A stretch of DNA of 64,000 nucleotides from Methylococcaceae bacterium (GTDB lineage Bacteria; Pseudomonadota; Gammaproteobacteria; Methylococcales; Methylomonadaceae), in NCBI GenBank assembly GCA_037127995.1, contig JBAXXH010000007.1, positions 1,184 through 65,183 on the forward strand, read 5' to 3'. Numbering within the stretch: the first letter of the stretch is position 1; the number at the start of each line of letters is the position of its first letter. Position numbers and translations under genes: made by a program. Below are positions 1 through 9,318 of this stretch, piece by piece. The notes below the pieces were generated by a model. The model was not told where the DNA came from. It saw only the letters and a program-made list of their open reading frames with translations, and made no database searches.

Positions 1-13
1 TATAGCATTCTAT

Positions 14-1948
14 TTAGTAGGCTACTTTAATGCCGCCATAACCGGCAAGACCAGAGGTTCCGTAGCCATAGACCTCCTCGTATTGTTTATTAAGCAGGTT
101 ATCTATCCGCCCTGACAGTTGCAAATACTTATTTACGTCGTAACTGCCAGCAAGATTAAGTAAAGTATAACCGGCAATTGCTACGGGCACCGATGAATAA
201 GACACATAAGCGGTATCCGCTTTCTGCCCCACCATTAACACATTAAAATGGATATGCGCCTTTTCAAGAAATTGATAATCTGCGTCAAAACTAGCCTTAT
301 CTCTAGGTCTACGTAGTAATTGAGTGTCCGTAACCAGATTCAATGTTTGCTGATAAGTATAAGTACCTCGTAAGGTTAGATCAGTTAAGGGACGCACTTC
401 CATAAATGTTTCCAGTCCACTTGATTTAGCTCGACTGACATTATTGTTTGTATAAGGTGGTACACTTAAATACTGAATCAAGTTATTAAAGTTATTATTG
501 AAATAACTAACGCTGGTTGTGACTTTTTTACGAAATAAATCCTGTTCTACTCCCACATCCCAGTTAATGCTGGTTTCAGGCTTCAAATCAGGATTACCTG
601 ATCCATAAATAGTGTCATAAAGTTGATTGAGTGTGGGTGCCTTAAATCCAGTACCGTAATTTCCTTTTAAGCGAGTCCCTGTTTCTTTAAGGTTATATAA
701 CTCATTAACTCGCCAAGTTTCATGACCACCAAACCGATTATTATCATCATACCTCACACCCACGGTTGTAAAAGACCGGTCAAACAGCTTGATCTGATCC
801 TGTAAATAGCCACTGACTGTATTCATGGTCTTTTGTGGAATCGATGCGTTATTTCCGTATGGATCAGGGGATGCCGATGAACTACTCAAACTATCAGCCT
901 CTTCTTCTACGCCCAGCGTTATTGTATTGGATTTATGAATATGGAAAATATTTTGGTAATCTAATTTCACCTTCTCTCCCAAATTAGCCGAAACAGCATT
1001 AAAACTATTAATGGGATCAACAGGGTTAAAAACATTTACATTAGTTCGATCCGTACTACTATAAGCTGCGCCTAATGTTTGCTCCCATAAACCATCAAAC
1101 AATTTAAGGTGCCCAAAGCCTCGAGTAAATAATTCATTGAAGGTATTATGATTATTGGTATTATCACAATTAACACCGCCACAATCATCATAAGAAGCTC
1201 TGCCTTCGTTATAACGCAAGGTGACTCCTAAATCCAGATTATCAGTAATGTTAACACCTGATCGACCACTTACCGTAGTATTTGCATAACCGTTTGGATT
1301 AAGATTACCTAAATTCTTATCGGCGGTAGAGAATCCAGCCGTCTCCAACCTTGACGCATCCAAACTATAATTAACGCGATCAGTACTACCGGAAACTGCC
1401 CCCGTTGTTTTCCAAGTGTCATACGAGCCACCTTCGGCATCCCCTGTAAATTTAGCGCCACCTTTACCTTTTTTAGTAATCACGTTAATAACACCACCCA
1501 TCGCATCGGATCCATAAGCCGCACTGGCCGCGCCTCGAACGACTTCAATCCGTTCTATATTATCTGTCTGGAGGTTTGCAAAATCAAAAGAGCCATCGGT
1601 ACTGGAAGGATCATTCATCTCTACGCCATCGACCAACACTAAGGTATGATTAGCATTAGCCCCTCGAAGATATACCGCCGTAGGTTGACCTGGTCCACCC
1701 GATCTAATCACATCCAAACCTGGCACTGTCCGCAAGGCATCGGCTACGTTATTAACATGCTTGGCCGCAATATCTTCGGCTGTAATAACGGTTATGGCGC
1801 TACCGACTTCATCTTCTGGCGTCTCGGTTCTGGTTGCCGTGACCACCATATTAGGCAGTTCTAAAGAATTATCGGCAGGATTTTGTTGTGCTTGTGACTG
1901 GGCATTAAAACCCGCAAGTAATAAGGAGCTGGCTATAAATTTTTGCAT
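14..1948 (-). CDS. btuB: TonB-dependent outer-membrane receptor, vitamin B12 (BtuB-like)
   Basis: Signal peptide MQKFIASSLLLAGFNAQSQA, TonB-box-like MVVTATRTE, plug motif LRGANANHTLVLVDG and C-terminal aromatic residue. A cobalamin riboswitch lies upstream. Start moved from 2050 (ORF track) to the ATG at 1948, which has a GAGG SD. Confidence 0.88.
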   Translation of the reverse strand: MQKFIASSLLLAGFNAQSQAQQNPADNSLELPNMVVTATRTETPEDEVGSAITVITAEDIAAKHVNNVADALRTVPGLDVIRSGGPGQPTAVYLRGANANHTLVLVDGVEMNDPSSTDGSFDFANLQTDNIERIEVVRGAASAAYGSDAMGGVINVITKKGKGGAKFTGDAEGGSYDTWKTTGAVSGSTDRVNYSLDASRLETAGFSTADKNLGNLNPNGYANTTVSGRSGVNITDNLDLGVTLRYNEGRASYDDCGGVNCDNTNNHNTFNELFTRGFGHLKLFDGLWEQTLGAAYSSTDRTNVNVFNPVDPINSFNAVSANLGEKVKLDYQNIFHIHKSNTITLGVEEEADSLSSSSASPDPYGNNASIPQKTMNTVSGYLQDQIKLFDRSFTTVGVRYDDNNRFGGHETWRVNELYNLKETGTRLKGNYGTGFKAPTLNQLYDTIYGSGNPDLKPETSINWDVGVEQDLFRKKVTTSVSYFNNNFNNLIQYLSVPPYTNNNVSRAKSSGLETFMEVRPLTDLTLRGTYTYQQTLNLVTDTQLLRRPRDKASFDADYQFLEKAHIHFNVLMVGQKADTAYVSYSSVPVAIAGYTLLNLAGSYDVNKYLQLSGRIDNLLNKQYEEVYGYGTSGLAGYGGIKVAY

Positions 1949-2080
1949 AATTGTCCTCTGCGCCGCCCGCGCATAAAGATTGATTAATAACAGCGGAGGA
2001 GGACAACAGAAGAGAAATGAAAAACACGGAGGCGCGTAATCACTACGCAAAACAGCCCTCCGCTATTGCGAATTATGCTC

Positions 2081-2265
2081 ACGGCCGGTCTCCGGGCTTT
2101 ATAAGTGGCGTTAACCTGAATCATCACCTTCCCATGTTTATACACAGTGGCGTACTGATGATTCTTTACTTATATACCGTTGCGGGGGCAGCGTCGGATT
2201 TGGTGTAAACCTTACCGACTTCCCGTTTAACCAGTAGATTTAACTATCTTCTGGAACCTGAAAGC
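2081..2265 (-). ncRNA. Cobalamin (AdoCbl) riboswitch
   Basis: Minus strand reads AGGTTC...TTAAACGGGAAGTCGGT...AAATCCGACGCTGCCCCCGCAACGGTA...GCCACTG...GGGAAGG...AAGCCCGGAGACCGGCC, which are the conserved cobalamin riboswitch blocks, directly upstream of btuB. Confidence 0.95.
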
Positions 2266-2315
2266 AGACGACAATTATAGGGGGTAATCTTTATAAAGCA
2301 AGTTGTGCGTAAATA

Positions 2316-2380
2316 TTCACCTCCCTTTAAAAAAGGGGGACTGAGGGGGATTTATTTAAAAAATCTCCCCTAACCCAAGT
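2316..2380. repeat. REP-like element, AATCTCCCCTAACCC family (copy 1)
   Basis: CCCTTT-AAAA-AAGGGGG hairpin plus GGGGATTT...AATCTCCCCTAACCC. The same motif occurs at about 5568-5665 and 23335-23395. Confidence 0.75.
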
Positions 2381-2437
2381 CCCTCCGAGAGTGTGTTGAT
2401 TTTTAATTGGAGCTGACCGCCAGCTCACGACCCATAA

Positions 2438-2838
2438 GTATAGTGCCCAACTATGAATAGCTGTGAATTGTTATCGGTGGCAAGGCCTTATTTTCACTGA
2501 AATTTGCACCAACCCACAGCCAAAAAACTTTACATGGTTTTGCCGTGGTTCTGGGATGAAAATTCATTCACTTTAGAAAATTCAATGAACCCTGCCAACC
2601 ATCGTATAAACAAATACTTGTTTGACTGCCAATTGGCATCCTTCGTTGATGATTTCATCTTTCATTTGCCCGAATGTCGCCATGCATTTCAAATTTTATG
2701 GTTATTATTCAGCTGGTGATGAATTAATGCAGTTCCTTCAAGCATAAAACTATGTATATGCGCTCTATTAGTAGTAGCTGGTAACACATGGGGTGCATAT
2801 CGAAATAAATCGCTTCTATTCATAGTTGGGCACTATAC
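2438..2838. mobile_element. MITE-like element with perfect 23-bp terminal inverted repeats (TA-bounded, IS630-like by inference)
   Basis: GTATAGTGCCCAACTATGAATAG at 2438-2460 is the exact reverse complement of 2816-2838. No recognisable ORF lies inside. Confidence 0.6.
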
Positions 2839-3087
2839 ATAGTGGCCGTGATGGCCCGTCAGCCAAAATCATTTTTAAAGCAAGATTATCGTTCAAAAGC
2901 CGATCAAAACTTCACTCTGAAACAAAACTCCTATGAGAGTTTTATCTGTTTGTGTAAACTCAATATCATCACAAGCGAACAATGAAGGCGGGAAAAGCTC
3001 ACGAAAAATTATGGGCTTTTTATAGGACAGCTACAAAACTATCAGCCTGAAGCACATTATGCAGAAAAACTTAAAAACGGAGCGGAC

Positions 3088-3954
3088 ATGAATTTACAAC
3101 CGGATGAATGCGTTCAGTTTTACCGTATTTGGTGGTCATTATTAAGCTATGTCAACAAACAGATTAAGTTGTTTAATGACTTTCCAAGCCAGCTTGAAAA
3201 TAACAATATTAAACAGCAAGACGCAGCAGTTATCCGGAACGCCTTGTGGGCATCAGACCGGCTGTTGCAAGACTTTATTGACAGCAACCCTAATAATTTA
3301 TCAGATGCAGATTTAGAATTGGCAGCAAGCTGGAAAAATCGTGTTGCCGCTAAATTTTTTATCATGCGCCATTTGCAAAAATATAGTCTTTTCCTTAATG
3401 ACTCTGATAATCCAATTGTTTACGGTGTCATCGGCATAGTCTCGCCAATCGCCGAAATACTGCCTTACGCACCTCCAATAATGGTGGATGCGGTTTTGCT
3501 GCCTTTTGGTAATAAAATCATTTTTGACAGCCTGCTTAATTCCTATCCGGTTAGATTTGGCAGCGGCATCCGCAAGGGTCTAAACAATCAGTTGCGTCAC
3601 GCCCAAGAATTACGAGGGGTCGTTACCTCGTTAGATGCCACAGACCAAAACCAAGCTATTATCAACGGCAATCAAAAAATACTGATCGCATTTTACAAAT
3701 GGTTGGCTAAAGAAGGATTGAGTGAAAAAATGCAACACGAGTATCATACCAACGTAAAAGTATTTGTTGACGATAGATTGTCATCGGCTATGCCGCCACG
3801 TTCGTTGCTAAGTGTTAAGGTTGCCGACTTGGATGCCTATTTTTGTGCCTGCGATAACAAAGCCAATCGGGTTAGTTTCAAACGTCTGGTCAAATTCCTG
3901 TGCGACTCAGATAGGATTTGTTGGGAAGAGACCAAAAGGATGGAAAATTTTTGA
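3088..3954 (+). CDS. Hypothetical protein; C-terminal part weakly resembles a tyrosine-integrase N-terminal (SAM-like) helical domain
   Basis: 288-aa ORF with a GGAG SD. C-terminal segment FYKWLAKEGLSEKMQHEY...LLSVKVADLDAYF. No R-H-R-Y catalytic domain follows. Confidence 0.6.
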   Translation: MNLQPDECVQFYRIWWSLLSYVNKQIKLFNDFPSQLENNNIKQQDAAVIRNALWASDRLLQDFIDSNPNNLSDADLELAASWKNRVAAKFFIMRHLQKYSLFLNDSDNPIVYGVIGIVSPIAEILPYAPPIMVDAVLLPFGNKIIFDSLLNSYPVRFGSGIRKGLNNQLRHAQELRGVVTSLDATDQNQAIINGNQKILIAFYKWLAKEGLSEKMQHEYHTNVKVFVDDRLSSAMPPRSLLSVKVADLDAYFCACDNKANRVSFKRLVKFLCDSDRICWEETKRMENF

Positions 3955-4323
3955 AACTCCAGTAAATCCATCTGCGTATAACGGGCATAACATCCCGACC
4001 TAGCCCTAGCAACGAAACTACAAACGTCCAGTTCTGACTGTTACCTGTTATTCGTCAGTTCCAAAAAGCCAATCTTAATACCAGCCATTCAGAATGGTAA
4101 TATATGTAACGAAATCACAGTCGCCACCCGACCCAAACCGGTCAGTGGTGGCATTTGTCATCGGATGCCTGCTATATGGCGATAAGCGGACACTCGGCTT
4201 CAGCAACGAAGCGGTGGTAAGTATCATAACCCGGAAAAATTTGGTTAGGCTACGAAAACAGCAATGCTGCCAAGCCAGTGTCTCTTGTCTGTATCTGCAA
4301 GGGGCATACAAGTACGCGTTGAC

Positions 4324-4455
4324 TTATTCGTCCACTGCCGCTACTTTATCGGCATTATCCTTATCTTCCGATTGCCCGCCGGGTTCGCCCAATTCCTCCT
4401 CAAACATCTGGATGGCAGCGTGCAAAGCGAGGAGGCCTGAACAACTACATCCCAT
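4324..4455 (-). CDS. Possible 43-aa small protein MGCSCSGLLALHAAIQMFEEELGEPGGQSEDKDNADKVAAVDE
   Basis: Translated by hand. Starts 12 nt after the stop of the TIGR03790-like gene on the same strand. SD is weak. Confidence 0.3.
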   Translation of the reverse strand: MGCSCSGLLALHAAIQMFEEELGEPGGQSEDKDNADKVAAVDE

Positions 4456-4467
4456 TAAGTATCATGC

Positions 4468-5526
4468 TTACTTTTTCGGTGGAGAAGCAAAGGGTCGGGC
4501 CAGCGGCTCTCCCACAAAAATCCCCTGCCCCGGTTCCCAGACGCTTTTCCAGTAAGCCTCAATCAGCGTATTGCCCCGCAAGTAATAGTGTAGCAATACG
4601 CCGGGATGCGAAAATTTAACCGGATAATTACAGGGCTCAACGACTGCGCCATAGCTTGCCGTGGCACCCGCAGTTATCCAGTCAAGAATGTTCATTTGAT
4701 CGCTACCTGTCAACACGCCACCTGCCGAGGTTAAATGATCGGCGATAGCGCCGGGCAGATAAGTATTTTTATCAATGTTGGCTACGTTCATCTTGCCGGT
4801 AAAATAAAACATAACATCGGCTTTATTTTCAAGGCTGTCCTGTTCCAGATAATTAACGGGCCAAAACCCGGCAAATGCCTTGACCACTTCAGGAAAAAAT
4901 GCAGCCCGTGTGCTACGCGCCTGATCGCTGGTTTTTAATAAATACGCCGACCCTTGCGGGCGAGTGAAATCAGCGGCAACTCCACGATCAATCAAACGCT
5001 TAACGTCCTCAAACGAACGCCCTGCCAAGGTCATGGTGGGACGCCAACCATAATCAGTAAACGGTTTCTCGCTATCGGATGCAAAATAGGGACTTTTGCG
5101 GCTCTCTTCACAGACCTTTGCACAAAAGGCTTGATCAAAACCCGCCGCAAAAGCGGTAGTGATTGACATACAATCAACACGAAACGGCTTTAACCAGGTT
5201 AATACAAACGCTTGTACCTCTTTGGGTGTTTTTGCATCCACTTGTTCTTTTAGTTTGGCAAATTCTCTTTGTGACAAGGCGTTGGCTGTTGAATCAAACC
5301 GAACATGAATGATGTTGGCCTGTGGAATCTTCCGTTTACCTTGATAATAATCAGCGATATGTCGACTCAAGGGGTCTTTATCATTCACAACCACAGCCAA
5401 TTGCCCGGCAGTCAACCCCGGTAATGGCCGGTACAGTAAAGGAATGGTGTCAGCCGCCAATACGCTGTGATTAAAAAACGCCATCATCAGCGTTAAAACA
5501 ATAAAGCCTATTCGTTCAATCAGCAT
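4468..5526 (-). CDS. TIGR03790 family exported protein
   Basis: Signal peptide, LAVVVNDKDPLS, and the family-typical GATASYGAVVEP...KFSHP...GxTLIEAYWKS...QGIFVGEPL. Confidence 0.8.
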   Translation of the reverse strand: MLIERIGFIVLTLMMAFFNHSVLAADTIPLLYRPLPGLTAGQLAVVVNDKDPLSRHIADYYQGKRKIPQANIIHVRFDSTANALSQREFAKLKEQVDAKTPKEVQAFVLTWLKPFRVDCMSITTAFAAGFDQAFCAKVCEESRKSPYFASDSEKPFTDYGWRPTMTLAGRSFEDVKRLIDRGVAADFTRPQGSAYLLKTSDQARSTRAAFFPEVVKAFAGFWPVNYLEQDSLENKADVMFYFTGKMNVANIDKNTYLPGAIADHLTSAGGVLTGSDQMNILDWITAGATASYGAVVEPCNYPVKFSHPGVLLHYYLRGNTLIEAYWKSVWEPGQGIFVGEPLARPFASPPKK

Positions 5527-5567
5527 TTGCCAAGCTCCTTCAAATAACGTTGTGGGTAAGTATGCAC

Positions 5568-5665
5568 TTCCCCCTTTGAAAAAGGGGGGAGTGCAAAGCG
5601 AGGGGGCAGAGGGGAATTTATCTAATAAAATCTCCCCTAACCCCTCTTTGTCAAAGAGGGGAACC
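5568..5665. repeat. REP-like element, AATCTCCCCTAACCC family (copy 2)
   Basis: CCCCCTTTGAAAAAGGGGGG ... AATCTCCCCTAACCCCTCTTTGTCAAAGAGGGG. Confidence 0.75.
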
Positions 5666-5751
5666 GAATAATTACCGTTGTGTTAAACCATCGGTGGTAT
5701 TTTTCAGAACCTATGCGCCTGTCGCTTTCGGTAGTGATACTTTTACGCTTT

Positions 5752-6555
5752 TCACGGGCATTTGGTTGACGCTGATTGACAGGTTGTTTTTTGACCTTTT
5801 TCATTCCATGTTGTCACTAATCCGGTTATCGCCCCGTCTTTGTAGTTAATTTCAGACTTTTTCTGGCCGTTTTCATACCACATCGTTACCAAGCCGTTGG
5901 CTTTGCCATCCACAAAAAATGTTTCAATTTGCTTTTGCCCATTGCTGTACCAAGAGGTCGACAACCCATTCTCTTCGTCGTCTTTATAGTTTATTTCAGA
6001 TACTTTATTACCGCTTTCATCCCACAGGGTCGACAAGCCGTTTAACTTGTCATCTTTAAATTGAGCCTCCAATTTTTTAGTTCCATTTTCATACCACTCC
6101 GTTGACAAGCCGTTCTTGGCACCTTCTTGGTAATTGATTTCATTTTTTTTCTTCCCGTTTTTATGCCAGGCCCGCATCAAGCCTTCTTGCTTACCGTCTT
6201 TGTAATTTATTTCACCGTATTTTTGGCCGTTCTCATGCCACATGGTGGTTAAGCCGTCTTGTTTACCGTCTTTGTAGTTTATTTCACCGTATTTTTGGCC
6301 ATTTTCATGCCACATGGTGGTTAAGCCATTTTCTTTGCCATCACGGTAACTGATTTCAAGACTTTTCTTTCCATTTTCAAAATACTCGTCATATTTTCCC
6401 GCATACGGTTTGTTTTCATTCGATAAAAAAGTCAATCCATCTCTGTCTTCTTTAACGGTAGTGATTCTTTCCGTGGATATGTTTTCTAAAAACCCAATAT
6501 TGCTACAACCAGCCATAAAAAAAACTATAGCTAATAATCCTATTACATTTATCAT
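5752..6555 (-). CDS. MORN-variant (YwqK-like) repeat lipoprotein
   Basis: Lipobox FMAGC and about 8 repeats of WxENGQKxxEINYKDGKxxG. A recent 72-bp tandem duplication is visible at 6191-6327. Confidence 0.85.
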   Translation of the reverse strand: MINVIGLLAIVFFMAGCSNIGFLENISTERITTVKEDRDGLTFLSNENKPYAGKYDEYFENGKKSLEISYRDGKENGLTTMWHENGQKYGEINYKDGKQDGLTTMWHENGQKYGEINYKDGKQEGLMRAWHKNGKKKNEINYQEGAKNGLSTEWYENGTKKLEAQFKDDKLNGLSTLWDESGNKVSEINYKDDEENGLSTSWYSNGQKQIETFFVDGKANGLVTMWYENGQKKSEINYKDGAITGLVTTWNEKGQKTTCQSASTKCP

Positions 6556-6639
6556 AAAAACCTTTAAAGTATTGCAAGCATTTTTCTGCTTAATGATTAA
6601 GCCTGTCTATTTTACCCAGCCTGCCCGACAGACTGTTCA

Positions 6640-6735
6640 GGAACGTGCATAAAATAACTTGACCATTTATATATCCCCTCACCCTCTCCCGGAGGGAGAG
6701 GGAGCAAGATGCCTAAGTTATTTCATACGCATTCC
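6640..6735. mobile_element. Short MITE-like element with 21-bp imperfect TIRs enclosing a REP hairpin
   Basis: GGAACGTGCATAAAATAACTT (6640-6660) pairs with the reverse complement of AAGTTATTTCATACGCATTCC (6715-6735). The identical left end recurs at 20586-20606. The internal hairpin is CCCTCTCCCGGAGGGAGAGGG. Confidence 0.6.
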
Positions 6736-6752
6736 TTAGCTTTTAAATTTCA

Positions 6753-7284
6753 GTAACTACCCGATAGATGTTGGCCCCAATCATAGAACACGGATGACAC
6801 TGATTATACGAATTTCAACGGATTTTTTTTAGTCAAAAAAGACCTTGACTGTTTATATAGTCTTTTACTCGATTTTCAAGTTTTTATTCATTGATTTTAA
6901 AAAAAAATACTTGTGAGTCTATCAAATCATAGCTGAGCCCAGACAGCCAACCTAGTGACGAGGTATAGTCGCGACGTGAGCGTCGCTCCCGCAGTGGGAG
7001 CGACGCCCACGTCGCGACTAACGAAAACATCTTGATTTATCCGGGATTGCCTCAGTCAAGCTAAAAAAACTGGAACAACGGGTTTCAGAAATTAAACGTC
7101 CGCTACACGACAATTTAACTCACACGGATAACATCCTTCAAAGGGATGGTATCCGTTAGCATCGAAATTATTTATCTGAAAATCTATGGGTCATATTTTC
7201 AAGCTATTAGAAACTTCCCTTATCCGTGTCTATCAGTCAAATCCGTGTTATCTGTGTTCTATTTTTTAATGGCTGAGTAGTTAC
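6753..7284. repeat. Nested composite repeat: outer GTAACTAC...GTAGTTAC ends, inner ATAGAACACGGATGACAC inverted repeats, central 200-bp dispersed element
   Basis: Outer IR at 6753-6760 / 7277-7284 and inner IR at 6783-6804 / 7241-7262. The centre (6881-7080) is homologous to 30921-31121 and 52851-52968. Confidence 0.7.
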
Positions 7285-7289
7285 AAATC

Positions 7290-8642
7290 TCACGCCCATT
7301 CATGCGTCGGTTCAACTTTGCGTAATAACGCTTCCACATAAAATCCGCCCAACTCGGTTGATCGGCGCAAAATAAGTTGACCGCCATATTGCTGGGCTAT
7401 TGCCTGTGCGATAGATAAACCCAGTCCATGACCGCTAACCGCTTCATCCAGTCGGGTACCGCGTTGTGTCAAAGAAGCCAAGTCGGTATCAGAAACACCC
7501 TGCCCATCATCTTCAACAATCAGGTGAACATCCTCATCAACATCAACATAAAAATATAAATTTATTGTGGAATTAGCCCATTTACAGGCGTTATCCAGCA
7601 AGTTTCCAGCCAGCTCCAACATGTCTTCCCTATCGGTTAATAGCGTCGTTGTCTCTGTTGGAACAAAGTTAATGGTAATATTTTTATCCCTGTAAACGCT
7701 TTGCAGCACTTTAATTAAAGCGGGTATATCCTGTCTGGCATCGAATTTTATAAATGTTGGCCCTGAGCCCGCCATACGCGCCTGCTTCAAAACCCGCTCC
7801 ATCATGTTCTGCATGTTTGTCGTTTGGGTTTGCAGAACCTGGCAAATCTCCGGATGAGCCTGTAATACCGCGTCATGCGGGAGTTGTTTTAATACGGTTA
7901 AGGGGGATTTTAAGGCATGAGCCAAATCCCCCAGCGCATTGCGCGAACGCTGTAACCGTTGATCCAGCAACTTAAGCAACCAATTGACTTCATGCACCAA
8001 GGCACCCACTTCTTGCGGCACATCCGTATCAAGTTGAGTTATTTCGCCATGTTCCAACGCTTTAATCTGCTGTGCTATGCGGGTCAGACGATAAAATCCG
8101 CTACGTAAAATAATAACTTGCGTGATGATTAACAGCAGCAACAAAACCAGTGCAATAAGCGTGTACCGATACTGAAACGAAACGATCCTCGCCAACGTGG
8201 GAGACAAATCTTCAGCAACGGCAATAGTGATATTGCGCTCCAGTTTATTATAGCCATACACCATAACCAACAAAGGCTGTTGTTTGGGGCCGGTAATATA
8301 AAGCTTATTAGTTTCGCCTGGCGACAAGGCCTGGAGTGCAAAATCCTGATTTAACAGTGAAGGTGAGCTAATAACCTGACCATTGCTGATAAGCTGAAAA
8401 TAGTCACCTGAAATGGGCTGAAGATAGATAGGTTCAATCTGCTTGCTGTTAAGTGCGATCGTATTGGCGGAATCAGGGTATATTGCGTCCAGAATGCTGA
8501 CTGCGTCATGCTCCAGATGTTCGGCAACCGATTCTTCAGCCAAAGCACGAATTGAGCTACTGGTTAGCCACCATAAAATGATAAACACACTGCAAAGACT
8601 GACAAACAAACCCGCTGCCAACCGAAGTTGCAATGACCTCAT
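7290..8642 (-). CDS. Sensor histidine kinase (PhoQ/QseC-like)
   Basis: Two TM segments, H-box LAHALKSPL, N-box GNLLDNACKWA, G-boxes VEDDGQG and GHGLGL. Confidence 0.92.
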   Translation of the reverse strand: MRSLQLRLAAGLFVSLCSVFIILWWLTSSSIRALAEESVAEHLEHDAVSILDAIYPDSANTIALNSKQIEPIYLQPISGDYFQLISNGQVISSPSLLNQDFALQALSPGETNKLYITGPKQQPLLVMVYGYNKLERNITIAVAEDLSPTLARIVSFQYRYTLIALVLLLLLIITQVIILRSGFYRLTRIAQQIKALEHGEITQLDTDVPQEVGALVHEVNWLLKLLDQRLQRSRNALGDLAHALKSPLTVLKQLPHDAVLQAHPEICQVLQTQTTNMQNMMERVLKQARMAGSGPTFIKFDARQDIPALIKVLQSVYRDKNITINFVPTETTTLLTDREDMLELAGNLLDNACKWANSTINLYFYVDVDEDVHLIVEDDGQGVSDTDLASLTQRGTRLDEAVSGHGLGLSIAQAIAQQYGGQLILRRSTELGGFYVEALLRKVEPTHEWA

Positions 8643-9307
8643 TCAGACAACTCCTTAAATACATAACCTTGACCTCTGCGTGTCTCTATACGTTGTTTGC
8701 CCAGTTTATGACGTAAATGATTAACGTAAACTTCAATCACGTTACTGTCTTTGTTTGAATCAAAATCATAGATATGTTCGATTAAGGTGGATTTGCTCAA
8801 CACCCGACCCGGGTGTAAAAGAAAACAACGTAATAATTTAAATTCAATGCCGGTGAGCTCATGCACCTCACCCACTTCTGTAATAACCTGTTGACGGTCT
8901 TCATCCAGCGTTAAGCCACCAACCTGTAACTTTCCGCCAGAATGTTGATGGACGCGATGCAGCAACGCGTTAATTCGCGCCACCAATTCTTCTATATGAA
9001 ACGGTTTGCCCAAATAATCATCCGCTCCCGCTTTAAATCCGTCCACTTTTTCATGCCACGCATCACGCGCCGTAAGTATCAAAACAGGCAGGGTATTTTG
9101 TTTCGCCCGCCAGTTTTTTAAAACAGTCATACCACACCGCTGTGGCAAACCTAAATCCAGTATGGCCAGCTCATAAATACCTTCATTACCCAAATATTCG
9201 CCTTCAATACCGTCATGAGCCACATCCACTGCAAAACCGGCTTTTTCCAGATTGCTTTTTAACAGGCGAGCCAAATCATGCTCATCTTCAATCAGTAGCA
9301 GGCGCAT
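8639..9307 (-). CDS. OmpR/PhoP-family response regulator
   Basis: MRLLLIEDE, LAILDLGLP, GADDYLGKPF and winged-helix IETRRGQGY. Overlaps the kinase gene by 4 bp. Confidence 0.95.
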   Translation of the reverse strand: MRLLLIEDEHDLARLLKSNLEKAGFAVDVAHDGIEGEYLGNEGIYELAILDLGLPQRCGMTVLKNWRAKQNTLPVLILTARDAWHEKVDGFKAGADDYLGKPFHIEELVARINALLHRVHQHSGGKLQVGGLTLDEDRQQVITEVGEVHELTGIEFKLLRCFLLHPGRVLSKSTLIEHIYDFDSNKDSNVIEVYVNHLRHKLGKQRIETRRGQGYVFKELSE

Positions 9308-9318
9308 GATAACCGTTT

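Noticed and set aside
1949-2050. 34-aa N-terminal extension of btuB given by the ORF track
   Set aside because: It overlaps the riboswitch expression platform. The signal peptide and SD point to the ATG at 1948.
2438-2838. Integron attC interpretation (GCCCAAC ... GTTGGGC core sites)
   Set aside because: The cores are about 380 bp apart, the repeat is perfect with no extrahelical bases, and there is no intI or cassette array.
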